DNA of 64,000 bases from Polyangiaceae bacterium (GTDB lineage: Bacteria; Myxococcota_A; Polyangia; Polyangiales; Polyangiaceae): the NCBI GenBank assembly GCA_965222375.1, contig CBDCTZ010000016.1, positions 480,001 through 544,000 on the forward strand, written 5' to 3'. Both the position numbers and the translations under genes were made by a program. Below, piece after piece: positions 1 through 10,069 of this stretch; the stretch's first letter is position 1; each line of letters begins with the position of its first letter. The notes beneath the pieces were generated by a model. It had not been told where the DNA came from. It did no database searches and saw only the letters and a list, made by a program, of their open reading frames with translations.

Positions 1-591
1 TGCCACTTCGAAGCTCGGCCCGTTCTCGGCGAAAACGTCTACATCCAACGGCCAAGCTATCACCTTCACGTCGTCTACGCTCAGCGAGAGCCGCGCGTCG
101 GAGATCCCCAGGGACGCAAAGGGGGCCCGTTTCATTTCCGGTGCGGGACCGTCACGTTTGGGTAGCCGATACTTCAGGTTCTTGATTTCGCCATCCCGTA
201 CGACGAGACGAATGTCGGGCTCTTCGACCTCGACGTCACCAACGTCCAAGCGCCCTGCCATGAGCGAGAAGATCCGAGGTCGAACCGCAACGCGTTTGGC
301 GGCAAAAGCAGGGCTGCCGCCGTCGCTCGCGGGTAGCTCGAGGTCCTCCAAAGCGATCTGGAGCGGCCAGAGTTCGACGCGTACCCGGTAGCGCGCCTCG
401 ACGCCCAACTCCTCGGACAACACCCGTCGCGTTTCGTCCGACGCCCAATTCAAGACCCAGTCCGTTCTGGTCAAGACCCCCGCAGCGAGCGGAAGTGCCC
501 CAATCACGGCGAAAACCGCGCAGATCAGACGGGCGACGAGGCGTCCCCAGTCGCGGAGGGCGCGGGGCGGGCGCGCAGTGGGCACAGCCAT
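1..591 (-). CDS. N-terminal part of an AsmA/TamB-like envelope protein (runs off window start)
   Basis: Manual translation from ATG at 591 (MAVPTARPPRALRDWGRLVARLICAVFAVIGALPLAAG...) is open to position 1. N-terminal TM anchor, then beta-rich 'RPRIFSLMAGRLDVGDVEVEEPDIRLVVRDG' typical of AsmA/TamB N-termini. Absent from the ORF track because there is no stop in the window. Confidence 0.6.
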   Translation of the reverse strand, partial: MAVPTARPPRALRDWGRLVARLICAVFAVIGALPLAAGVLTRTDWVLNWASDETRRVLSEELGVEARYRVRVELWPLQIALEDLELPASDGGSPAFAAKRVAVRPRIFSLMAGRLDVGDVEVEEPDIRLVVRDGEIKNLKYRLPKRDGPAPEMKRAPFASLGISDARLSLSVDDVKVIAWPLDVDVFAENGPSFEVA

Positions 592-690
592 TGAAGCGTA
601 TCGCGGCGCGGGTGTTCGCGCCAAAATCGGAGAGATTCCAGATGTTTGACGCCAGACGAGGCGAGTTTGTTCAGTGGCCTCGGAAGCGGC

Positions 691-1659
691 TTACTTCACC
701 TGATACGTCACGCGTACCGGGTCGTGGTCTGCCACCGCATCCACTGTCGGAAGATGGCTGATGTCCACGGAGGTCTTGAACACTCGATCCGTAAGCGATA
801 GCGCGACTGAATCCAGGATTTGATCGTCGAAGAGCTTGGGGCCGCCAAAGGTCACACTCCAGCGTTCGTTCGCCGGCATCTCCGTGGTGGCGCTGACGAG
901 CTCCAGTGGCGGCGCTCCGGCCAGCGCAGTCATCGGCGGTGAGCCCGGCACGTCGTTGAAGTCGCCGAGTACCACCACCATGGCGCCCGGATCGGCGAAT
1001 TTGATTTCCGTCGCAATTCGCCGGGTCTGCTCGGCCTCGGCCAAACGCTTGAGCTGGCTGTCCGGGTCCTGGCCGCTTTTCCAGTGCACGCCGAGCAGAG
1101 CCACATGACGACCGTTAAAGCTCAGATGGGCGTCCAACACGTCCCGAGCAAACTTGAACGTTCGTGTGGGATCCGAGGAAGACTTGAAGAACTCGTCCTT
1201 GTGGGACAGCACCGGGCCCAGGGGATGGTCACTCAGAATGGCAATGTCGATGCCGCGGGGATCGTTACCTTGGGTGATGTGCGTGTGAGCAAAGCGCCCA
1301 GCAACCTGAGCCAGGTCCGCGACGACCGTGGCGTTCTCGACTTCCTGCAAGATGGCGATGTCGGCCTTTTGCTCGTCAAGAACACCTGCGATACCGGCGA
1401 GCTTGGTCTGATACTCGCTTTGGGGCACGATGATCTCGTCCGCCTGCTTCACCTCGGGGCTATCTCGAACGCTGTTGTAGAGGTTCTTCACGTTCCAGGT
1501 GACGATGGTCAGGGCTCTGGGGGCGCCGGCCTCGAAGGACGAATCTGGCAGTGGCGTGCCCGCGTCGACCACCGGTTGGCCTGGGGCGGGTTCGTTGTTG
1601 GGACAGCCTGACCCGCCAAAAGCCAGCAACAACAGAGCGAGAAAAGCGAAGCGACGCAT
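691..1659 (-). CDS. Endonuclease/exonuclease/phosphatase (EEP) family lipoprotein
   Basis: Lipobox-like GSGC; motifs TWNVKN, LQEVEN, GVHWKS, VLGDFND and terminal DHDPV of the EEP fold. Confidence 0.9.
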   Translation of the reverse strand: MRRFAFLALLLLAFGGSGCPNNEPAPGQPVVDAGTPLPDSSFEAGAPRALTIVTWNVKNLYNSVRDSPEVKQADEIIVPQSEYQTKLAGIAGVLDEQKADIAILQEVENATVVADLAQVAGRFAHTHITQGNDPRGIDIAILSDHPLGPVLSHKDEFFKSSSDPTRTFKFARDVLDAHLSFNGRHVALLGVHWKSGQDPDSQLKRLAEAEQTRRIATEIKFADPGAMVVVLGDFNDVPGSPPMTALAGAPPLELVSATTEMPANERWSVTFGGPKLFDDQILDSVALSLTDRVFKTSVDISHLPTVDAVADHDPVRVTYQVK

Positions 1660-1785
1660 ACAGCTGGCAGAATGGCGCAGCTGAGGTCGAAGTGCGAGCA
1701 GCTTTAGCCAAATTCCTCAGGTGGAGGTGGCCTCTGTCTGTGCTAAGAGCCTGCGCCCGTCGACCTTTCTTGCAGGTTGGCGCCC

Positions 1786-2721
1786 ATGCCGATGGCAAAG
1801 CAAGTTGACAGCGAGCCCGATACGGATCGGGTGATCACTGCGTTGGAGCGCGCGGTGGAGTGCGCCGAGCGCGGTGTAACCACTCGCCCCATCGTTTTGG
1901 CGCAAACGGCGGACGTAGCCGCGCTGTCGCCCAAAGACCTTCGTCCTCATCTAGATCGGGTGATCATGGGCGAGTATCCAGATCTGGGCCTGGATTCGCT
2001 GCTGTCGACTGGCGTGCTGGACGCACTCTTGCCAGAGGTGCAGGCCATGGTCGGCTTTGGCGACGGCGAATGGCGTCACAAAGACGTGTGGAAACATACT
2101 AAACAGGTGGTGTCCCAAGCCGTTCCCCAGTTGGAAGTTCGTTGGGCCGCGCTCTTCCACGACATTGGCAAAGTAAGGACTCGTTCGATCTCACCCTCAG
2201 GCGAGGTGCACTTCTTCGGACACGCGGAAGTAGGTGCTCGCATGTTCGACAAGATGGAGCGTCGCGAGAGCCTGTTCCGGGCTGATGAGGCGCTGCGCGC
2301 AGAAATCCGCTTCCTCGTGCTGCACCACCTGCGGGCGAGTCAGTATGATGGGAGTTGGAGGGACAGCGCTGTGCGTCGCTTTGCCCGGGATATGGGCCCG
2401 CATTTGGCGGACCTAATGTGCCTGTCCCGTGCGGACATCACGACCAAGCGTCCGGCCAAGAAGCGCCGCGGCATTGCCATGATCGACGAGCTCGCGGGAC
2501 GCATTACTCAGCTCGCGGCCGAGGATGCCAAGCAGCCCCCGCTACCTACGGGGGTGGGTACCGCGATTATGGACGCATTCGGTTTGCCTCCTTCTCGCCA
2601 GATTGGCGACATCAAGAGAGCCCTCGAAGCAGCGGTGGAAGCAGGGGAACTGCCCGCGGGCCAAGAGAGCAGCTACTACGTTCAGTACTTGAGCGAAAAC
2701 CCCGAGCGCTTTGGACTCTGA
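1786..2721 (+). CDS. HD-domain protein resembling the C-terminal half of CCA-adding enzymes (no nucleotidyltransferase head)
   Basis: 'LLSTGVLDALLPEV...HKDVWKHT...WAALFHDIGK...HFFGHAEVGA...ADIT' matches the RNA-binding plus HD region of tRNA nucleotidyltransferases. No GGxVRD/DxD head motif. Start approximate. Confidence 0.8.
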   Translation: MPMAKQVDSEPDTDRVITALERAVECAERGVTTRPIVLAQTADVAALSPKDLRPHLDRVIMGEYPDLGLDSLLSTGVLDALLPEVQAMVGFGDGEWRHKDVWKHTKQVVSQAVPQLEVRWAALFHDIGKVRTRSISPSGEVHFFGHAEVGARMFDKMERRESLFRADEALRAEIRFLVLHHLRASQYDGSWRDSAVRRFARDMGPHLADLMCLSRADITTKRPAKKRRGIAMIDELAGRITQLAAEDAKQPPLPTGVGTAIMDAFGLPPSRQIGDIKRALEAAVEAGELPAGQESSYYVQYLSENPERFGL

Positions 2722-2799
2722 GCGGGCACAGAGGCGACGGCCGCAAAAAAAAACTGTCGTTTGGTTGAGCGCTCTGGCTCCCCCTGCCAAAATCCCCTT

Positions 2800-4527
2800 G
2801 TGAGAATTCACCAGATCGCTTGGGTCGCATTGGCCATGGCTCCCATCGCCTGCGGTCGCGCCGGGCTGGAAGATGATCTTTCTTCCGGCGGCGCAGGCGG
2901 CGCAGGCGGTACGGGCGCTGTCGGCGGCGTTGGTGGTATCGGGGGCATCGGCGGTTCCGGCGGCGGCGGCACGGGTGGTCTCGGTGGAAGTGGCGGCATT
3001 GGTGGTGGACCCATCGGTGGAAGTGGCGGCATTGGTGGTGGACCCGTTGGCGGCAGCGGCGGCGGCCCAAGTGGCGGCACCGGTGGTGGTCCCAGTGGTG
3101 ATTGTTGCTCCCCGCACGAATTCCCTGGTTGCAATGTTCCAGAGGTCATGGCCTGCGTTTGCGCCACGGACAATTTCTGTTGCGAACAGTCTTGGGACCA
3201 ACTGTGCGTTGAAGAGGTCACGTCACTCGGCTGTGGAAGCTGTGGCGGAACCGGCGGTAGCGGCGGCGGACCCATCGGTGGCAGTGGCGGTGTCGGCGGT
3301 GGTCCCATCGGCGGATCGGGTGGCATCGGCGGTTTCGGCGGCGGACCCATCGGTGGCTTCGGAGGAAGCGGTGGCTTCGGCGGTGGACCCGTTGGCGGCT
3401 TCGGCGGCAGCGGCGGCTTCGGCGGTGGACCGATAGGTGGCTTCGGAGGAAGCGGCGGTTTCGGTGGTGGTCCCATCGGTGGCTTTGGCGGCACCGGCGG
3501 CGGACCAGGCTTCGACTGTTGCCAGGTGCACCCCACGCCCGGGTGCATCGATCCGAAGATCACGCAGTGCGTCTGCGCATCGGATCCGTACTGCTGTCAG
3601 CAGAACTGGGATTCCCTGTGCGTTGAGGAAGTCACGACCCTCGGCTGCGGCACCTGCGGTGGCACCGGAGGCACGGGTGGAGGTGGCACCGGAGGCATCG
3701 GCGGCTTCGGTGGCGGTCCCATTGGCGGATTTGGCGGCTTCGGCGGCGGCCCCGTGGGTGGCTTCGGCGGTTTCGGGGGAACCGGTGGCACGCCCGGCTT
3801 CTGCGGTAACGGCGTCCCAGAACCAGGCGAGCAATGCGACGACGGTCCCAAGAACCAAGATCGACCCGCGTTCCAGCTGCAGCAGGGCGCGGTCAGCGTC
3901 GCGATCACGCCTCTGGACACCTTCAGCAGTGTTCAACAGTTCTACGGCTACAGCTCAGCTAGCAGCCACACTGGCTTTGAAGAGCTGATGGCCAGCCGCA
4001 TCATCCTGCATCGCAACCTGAACGGCGGACAGCTGAGCCTGATCATGCATCACGGCATCGATCAAAACACCTCGGGTCAGCCCCAACCCTCGACCCAGGT
4101 CAAGGCGAGTATCACCGGCCTTCCGGTGCAGACCTTCGTGACGGTTGCAGATGACAACCTCAACGAGTTCAACAAGAGCGGTAGCACGGCAGCAGTTGGC
4201 GCCTGGCAGTTCGTGAACAACTCCGACGGCGGAGCTATCAGCCAGCTGCCCATTCCGGGCAGTTGGATCGTCGGGATCTCCATGGGGTTTTCCAACGGAA
4301 TCAACGACTGGGCCTTCGTGAACGGGAACTCCAGCTTCGTTGCGCTCAACCAGTCTCAATCGGTCACGCTGATCGCCTACGACAAGCCCAGCACCTGCCG
4401 GACCGACTGCACCAAGCCGTTCTGCGGCGACGGGATCCTCGACGGCGGCGAGGTCTGCGAGCCCGGTCTCACTCCGAATTGCGCGCCGGACTGCAAGTCG
4501 CTAATCAACCTACCCGACCCAGGGTAG
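2800..4527 (+). CDS. Gly-rich lipoprotein with two Cys-rich repeats and a myxobacterial Cys-rich (CGNG/CGDG) repeat
   Basis: Lipobox PIAC; GGPIGG/GGFGG linkers; two copies of CC..H..PGC.....CVC..D..CC...WD.LCVEEVT.LGC; CGNGVPEPGEQCDDG and CGDGILDGGEVCE motifs. Confidence 0.8.
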   Translation: MRIHQIAWVALAMAPIACGRAGLEDDLSSGGAGGAGGTGAVGGVGGIGGIGGSGGGGTGGLGGSGGIGGGPIGGSGGIGGGPVGGSGGGPSGGTGGGPSGDCCSPHEFPGCNVPEVMACVCATDNFCCEQSWDQLCVEEVTSLGCGSCGGTGGSGGGPIGGSGGVGGGPIGGSGGIGGFGGGPIGGFGGSGGFGGGPVGGFGGSGGFGGGPIGGFGGSGGFGGGPIGGFGGTGGGPGFDCCQVHPTPGCIDPKITQCVCASDPYCCQQNWDSLCVEEVTTLGCGTCGGTGGTGGGGTGGIGGFGGGPIGGFGGFGGGPVGGFGGFGGTGGTPGFCGNGVPEPGEQCDDGPKNQDRPAFQLQQGAVSVAITPLDTFSSVQQFYGYSSASSHTGFEELMASRIILHRNLNGGQLSLIMHHGIDQNTSGQPQPSTQVKASITGLPVQTFVTVADDNLNEFNKSGSTAAVGAWQFVNNSDGGAISQLPIPGSWIVGISMGFSNGINDWAFVNGNSSFVALNQSQSVTLIAYDKPSTCRTDCTKPFCGDGILDGGEVCEPGLTPNCAPDCKSLINLPDPG

Positions 4528-4570
4528 CGAGCCCCGCTCGCAGCCCAGTGGTTTGTCGGGCCGTCTCATA

Positions 4571-5161
4571 ATGTCCGTTCCAGCACCGAAACTCGCGGTT
4601 TACGCAGACCTGCTCGCTCTGGCAGACGATGTCAGAGCGGAGATCCTTGCTGGGCACATCATCACAACGCCGGCGCCGCTGCCGAAACACTCGAAGGCGC
4701 AGCGGGCTCTCGGGCGGTTTGTCGGTGGACCCTTTGACGATGACGACGGGCACGGCGGGCCAGGGGGCTGGTGGATCTTCGTTGAGGTTGACGTTGAATT
4801 CGGAACTCATGACATCGTCCGACCGGATCTCTCCGGGTGGCGGCGCGAGCGGTTGGTGGACCCCGGTGACAAGCGGCCGATCCAAGTAGCACCGGATTGG
4901 GTCTGCGAGATCCTCTCGCCGAGCACCGCCACAAGAGACAAAGTGGCCAAGCGAAAACTCTACGCGCAACATGGGGTTCGCCACTATTGGATCGTCGACG
5001 TCGACGCGCGCACGCTCGAAGCCTTCGAGCTTCGAGACGGACATTGGACGCTGCTGGACAGCTACGACGACACTGCAACGGCGCGCATTCCACCGTTTGG
5101 GCGGGTGCAGCTCACGGTTGACCGTCTGTTCCTCCCGAAGAGCACCGATCCAGAGCCGTAG
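4571..5161 (+). CDS. Uma2 family (PD-(D/E)XK) putative endonuclease
   Basis: AEILAG...PAP..KH, VRPDLSGWR, APDWVCEILSPST...D...KRKLYAQHGVRHYWIVD are characteristic Uma2 motifs. Confidence 0.93.
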   Translation: MSVPAPKLAVYADLLALADDVRAEILAGHIITTPAPLPKHSKAQRALGRFVGGPFDDDDGHGGPGGWWIFVEVDVEFGTHDIVRPDLSGWRRERLVDPGDKRPIQVAPDWVCEILSPSTATRDKVAKRKLYAQHGVRHYWIVDVDARTLEAFELRDGHWTLLDSYDDTATARIPPFGRVQLTVDRLFLPKSTDPEP

Positions 5162-5229
5162 TGCGAACTCGCCCGACTTGACGGACACATCAGGAACAGT
5201 GGATCCCGATTGGATCGCATCTGAGCTGG

Positions 5230-5398
5230 TCATTCCACATCGCGAATCCTGCCACCGATGCGCCGAGCCTTGCCGAAGTTAAACTCGTCTGGGCAACTCG
5301 AGTTCCGGACGACCGCGAAACAGCCGCAAACGCGCCGGGCGCATGTACAAGGAGTCGAGCAGCGTCTTTTCTGGCACATCTACCTGCGCGAACGGCGC
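5230..5398 (-). pseudogene. Possible remnant of the C-terminus of an AbiEi-like (type IV TA antitoxin) gene
   Basis: Minus-strand translation 'VDVPEKTLLDSLYMRPARLRLFRGRPELELPR' resembles the AbiEi 'PEKALLDxLY' segment. No start of its own; frameshift or stop near 5280. Confidence 0.4.
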
Positions 5399-5400
5399 GC

Positions 5401-6381
5401 CTAACTCCAAGTCACCGTTCTGAGGGTCCTGGCCAGAGCGCCGACTACGGCGCGTAGCCCGGTCGTCTCTCGGGCAGTCTCCGGCAGCTTGGCCGTCGGA
5501 AGCTGGCGCAGCCAACATTCTGTGCCACCTTCTTTCAGCAAACCCGACAGACCATAAACGCGCATCCGCTCGTAGGGAATGCCGGCGCTGCGGGCTGCGG
5601 CGAAATCCGCTGCCAGTGCGGAAACGTCCGGGTAGCGATCTCCCGCGTCCAGGCCCAACGCCGGGGTGCCGATCACACCTAGGTCCATGCCTGCGCGTTC
5701 TCCGAAGCGCTGTACCGCCGATTGGGCATAGGAAGCGACCAATGACGGCCCGAACCAGAGCCCAGCGAGTTGGGCGAACGCGGTTTGGTACACCATGAAA
5801 GACACTTCGTCCCAGTCCAGGTTGGACACCGGCGTGTCCAAAGCGTCCTCGAGGATCGCCCCGTCCTCAGCGTCGTCCAAGATGAGGGGAAACGCGGTTG
5901 CGTGTGCCGAAACACCCTTCCGCTGAAGCTGAGCGATGGCCGCGCCAAAGTGCTTTCGCGCTTCTTCGAACGCCACCGGGTCGACATGCTGGGCGAGCAG
6001 CCGCGGCAGCTGGATGGCCTTGCACTTCCGGAGTTTCACTGCGTAGTCGTGGCCGGGCTCTAAATCAAAGGAAACTCCGTCGAAGACCGGGCCCCCAGGC
6101 GCATCACGCCAGCGCATCAGATCAGCGATGATGGGCTGAAGCTTCGCAGCGTTGTGCTCACCCAGCCAGTAGCCATCTTCAATCGAGAACAACAGCCAAA
6201 CGTAGACCGAGAGGCCGAGCTCACCTGCTGCACGAGTCAGCTTGGCAAAGCTCGGCTCGCCGATGCGCTTGACCGAAAGCGACAGGTGCAGCCGGCTGAG
6301 CTGCGGCGCGATTGCTGGCAGCGCTGCAGTCACCTCCTCGTCGCTGAGGAACTCGACCCAGACTCCAGGCTTGCCGCTCAT
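5401..6381 (-). CDS. Hypothetical protein, possible TIM-barrel/glycoside-hydrolase-like fold
   Basis: 326-aa ORF with alternating beta/alpha pattern and a 'DGVSFDLEP' motif; follows the kinase on the same strand. Confidence 0.65.
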   Translation of the reverse strand: MSGKPGVWVEFLSDEEVTAALPAIAPQLSRLHLSLSVKRIGEPSFAKLTRAAGELGLSVYVWLLFSIEDGYWLGEHNAAKLQPIIADLMRWRDAPGGPVFDGVSFDLEPGHDYAVKLRKCKAIQLPRLLAQHVDPVAFEEARKHFGAAIAQLQRKGVSAHATAFPLILDDAEDGAILEDALDTPVSNLDWDEVSFMVYQTAFAQLAGLWFGPSLVASYAQSAVQRFGERAGMDLGVIGTPALGLDAGDRYPDVSALAADFAAARSAGIPYERMRVYGLSGLLKEGGTECWLRQLPTAKLPETARETTGLRAVVGALARTLRTVTWS

Positions 6382-6410
6382 GGCTTTTCGAAAAACGAGG
6401 GCGCTGCAAG

Positions 6411-7883
6411 TCAGCCCAGCAACGCCATCCCGACTCCAGCACCCAGCAGCACCAAGAGCGCCACTACGACGAGCATCAGCAAGATGAATCCGGCGCTGAG
6501 CGTCGGTCGTGCGGGCCGACTCGCAACCTCCCTTTCGGGCATCCGCTCCTCGCGCTCACGTTCTTGCACGGAGACTATTGGCTGCTCGCGGTGTTCTCCT
6601 TCGGCGAGAGTCTCCGGAGAGCCGTGTCCCATCTCCGTGCCTGGTCCAGCGGCGGTTGGGGCAGGAGCCCCAGCAGATCGAAGCGTCTTGTCGCGGGGCG
6701 CACCTCCCTGTGCCGATGCTCGACGTCCGGCCCGTCCGACCCCCGGTTTCGCCTCGATGGGCTGCGTTGCGCCGACCCTCTTGACGCCCGGTTTTGCGCC
6801 ATTCAAACCCGTCGCAGCCGCGCTCCTCACGTGTTGTCTCGCTCCGCCCGCTCCGCTCGCTTTCGGCTCAGCCGATTGCGCTTCGGCCACCTTCGCTTCC
6901 GACCGCGGTCGGCTCAGCTGAGCCCGGGCAAACTCCGGATCGAACGTGGTGGTGACCATGGCGCCTGCTGGCTGACGCAGTGCGGATTCGATCTCTGACA
7001 GCGCAGCGTCAAATTCCGTGGCGGAGGCGTAGCGATCCTCGGGGTTCTTGGCAAGTGCTCGCATCACGACTACGTCGAGCTCCGGCGGAAACGGCTCGGA
7101 AGGATCAGCCAGCGCGGACGGAGGCCGGGCGGGTTCCCAGGCGTGAGCTGCGCGCAGCCCCTTCGCGCCTTTGCGGTCGAAGAACGGATCTTTCCCCACG
7201 AGCAACGCGTACAGGACGACGCCAGTGGAATAGACATCAGCGCGCACATCGACGACGGCGCCACGCGCCCCTTCGGGCGAGACGAACCGCGCCGTGCCGA
7301 TGAACGCGCCCTCTTCCGTCGGGATCACTGGAGGAGCCGGCGTCCGCGCGTGCACGTCAGCGAGGATCTTGGCGATTCCAAAATCGAGTACCTTGAGCAC
7401 AGCTCTTGGCGCCCCGGGGGCGGCGTGCAGGAACAGGTTCTCGAGCTTGACGTCGCGATGCACGACCCCGAGGGAGTGGACTGCGCTGAGCGCAGACAGC
7501 AGCTCTCGGGTCCGACCAATCGCTTCCAGGATCGGCAATCGACCGCGCGCGCGCAGCTCCGTCCCCAGGGTGCGCCCCTGCAGTAGTTCCATCACGAAGT
7601 AGGGCCGCTCGTCACCGAGCTTCCCAACGGTCGTAACGGCCACGATGTTCGGGTGCTCCAGCCGCGCCAGGGTTTGCGCCTCGACACGCATCCGATCCAG
7701 CAGCGCCGCATCCCCGGCGAATTCCTGATGGACGACCTTCGCGGCGAAGTGTTTGCCAAGCCGAAGGTGCTCGACTTCATAGACGAGACCCATGCCGCCT
7801 TCCGCCAACACGCGCACGCTGCGAAATGGTGTTCCCGCCCAGATATCGAAGGGCGCCGCGCCGGGCTCGGTCGTGTCGGCCAT
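6411..7883 (-). CDS. Hanks-type Ser/Thr protein kinase with C-terminal TM helix
   Basis: LAEGGMGLVY, FAAK, VHRDVKLEN, VLDFGIAK, GTARFVSPE, ADVYSTG; hydrophobic C-terminus. Confidence 0.95.
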   Translation of the reverse strand: MADTTEPGAAPFDIWAGTPFRSVRVLAEGGMGLVYEVEHLRLGKHFAAKVVHQEFAGDAALLDRMRVEAQTLARLEHPNIVAVTTVGKLGDERPYFVMELLQGRTLGTELRARGRLPILEAIGRTRELLSALSAVHSLGVVHRDVKLENLFLHAAPGAPRAVLKVLDFGIAKILADVHARTPAPPVIPTEEGAFIGTARFVSPEGARGAVVDVRADVYSTGVVLYALLVGKDPFFDRKGAKGLRAAHAWEPARPPSALADPSEPFPPELDVVVMRALAKNPEDRYASATEFDAALSEIESALRQPAGAMVTTTFDPEFARAQLSRPRSEAKVAEAQSAEPKASGAGGARQHVRSAAATGLNGAKPGVKRVGATQPIEAKPGVGRAGRRASAQGGAPRDKTLRSAGAPAPTAAGPGTEMGHGSPETLAEGEHREQPIVSVQEREREERMPEREVASRPARPTLSAGFILLMLVVVALLVLLGAGVGMALLG

Positions 7884-8115
7884 CAAGCTCAGTATCCGCG
7901 ACGGCGCGAAGCCTCGGGGCCACAAAACACGCAGCCCGCGAAAAAGTCCGCAACCAGGGTGCGCTACGCGCCGACAAGATGGACTGTCCCGCTACAGCCC
8001 TGTGCGGCCGAACCGGGACACCGACGTTTTGACACGAAACTGCGCGAATACTGAGGACTCGCCCCAGTGGGCGAGGGCGGATAGAATGCATGGGCCACGA
8101 CGGGGAAAGGAGCAC

Positions 8116-10051
8116 ATGGCGAACGCAGCCACGGTAGTAGATCTCGACCAGCGGCGGCGCCGCCGGGCCGAGTATGCGCTTGCCGTGGGCAGCCGTGTTG
8201 GTCCGTACACGATCCAGCGGGTGATTGCCGAGGGTGGCTACGGCGACGTGTATGAGGCCAAGCACCGGGTTCTCGGGCGCCACGTCGCGCTCAAGATCCT
8301 CCAGGATCGCCACGCCGACCGCGATGATCTCCAGCGTCGGCTGGCGCAGGAAGCGCGAGTGTTTAGTGAGATCAAGAGCCCCTACATGGTTACGGTCTAC
8401 GACGCCGGCACCCTGGATGGTCGGGTCTGGATGGCCATGGAACTCGTGCCGGGGCGAACGCTGCGCGAAGAGCTGGTCGTCTCCGAGCCGCTGCCCGTTC
8501 TGCGTGCTCTGAACACCGCAGCGTGCATCGCATCCGGGGTTGGTGAAGCCCACGCCTTGCGGGTCGTGCACCGGGATCTGAAGCCCGAGAACGTCATGGT
8601 CACCCCCGACGGGCACATCGTGGTCCTCGATCTGGGTACAGCCAAGATCCTCAGCGACAAACGTGGCAAAGACACGCAGCGGGTGATGGGGACGCCGGCC
8701 TACATGTCCGTCGAGCACCTGCTCGGCCCCAAGGACGGGCTGCCAATCGATCAACGCACGGACGTGTATGCCGTTGCAGTGATGCTGTACGAAATGCTCT
8801 CGGGGTTTCACCCCTTCGCTTTCGATCGAACCCGCGGCGTCCTCCTTCCCCCGCCACACGTCATCCGGCGGGTCGTGGAGGCGCCCGTGGAACCGTTATG
8901 CGAAGTTGCGCCTCAGGTGCCAGACTACGTGGCGAGAATCGTCGAGAAGGGGCTTTCTCGGGATCGCGAACTTCGCCAGACCACGATGCAGGAGCTCGAG
9001 ACCGAATTGCGCCTGGCCGCCCGCTGGTTCGTGGAAGACCGTGCGCTGGCTGAGCGCCGCAACGAGGCAGCGGGGCGCGGCAATCCGGTCGCAGGGGCGG
9101 AACGCGGTTCAACGCTGGCTCACCGCCCTGTGCGCGCGGCCCCGGCGGGTAGCGACACCCACGAAGACGACGACGACACCGATCCGGACATGATGTGCCG
9201 GCCCCTGGAGGACGCAACGCTCGAGGAGCGCGGAGCACACGCAGTTACCGCGGATCCTGCGCGGGTGTTCGCACGGAGCGAGAGCGCCGGCTCGGCGCGT
9301 ATGGCAACCGAACGACTCCCTGATCCGGACCCGCCAATGCAGCAAGCGTCCACCGCGGCGCAGGTCTCGACGCGGACGGCACCGGCCCTGCGCGACAACA
9401 GCGCCGCGGCTCCTGGAGCTCTGCGACCGCCTAAATCTGGCCTCGCCGATCGCGCGATTCGGGCGCTGGCGCTCGTTGGCACAATGTTTGGTGGCGCCCT
9501 TGACTGGCTGAAGACGAACTTCGTCACGCTGCGTGGGCTGATCGCAAGCCGCCAAGTGCCCCGCAGCATGATCGTGGCGCCGGCCGCGGGTGCGTTGGTT
9601 GGACTGCTGGGAGCAGTGCTACTGAATCTGGTGCTGAAGCCGACCACCCACGCCGAGGCCGAGTCCGCCACGCAGTCCGCCAAGCAGGCCGCCTCGGCAT
9701 CACCCGAACCAGCCAAAGCAGCCAAGCAGCAAGCGCCGAGCACATCGTCGCCCGCCATCGTGGCTCGCCCCGCGGCGCCGCAAGCAGCCGTTTTCTCAGC
9801 CAAAACCAACCGCCAGCGTTCCCAAGCCGCCGGCGGCGCCCCCCACGCCCCGCAAGGCGGCAAAAACCACCCGCCCGGCTCCTGAACCGAAGCTGCTTTT
9901 TCCCAGCAACACGCCGCGCCACTCGGCGGACGAACTACTAGTACCAAACAAGACCGGCTCACGCGCCGCTGCGGCGCCCAAATCAACTGCTACGTCCAAG
10001 AAACCAAGCGAGAAGGACGCCCCATTGTTCCCCAGCGACCCCATTTTCTAG
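8116..10051 (+). CDS. Hanks-type Ser/Thr protein kinase, membrane-anchored; apparent 1-nt frameshift near 9791
   Basis: AAGGAG RBS before ATG 8116; IAEGGYGDVY, VALK, VHRDLKPEN, DLGTAK, GTPAYMSVE. The ORF stops at 9885, but removing one T from the TTTT run at 9791-9794 extends a Pro/Ala/Lys-rich tail to ...LFPSDPIF* at 10051. Confidence 0.85.
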
Positions 10052-10069
10052 CCGCCACATTTTTGGACA

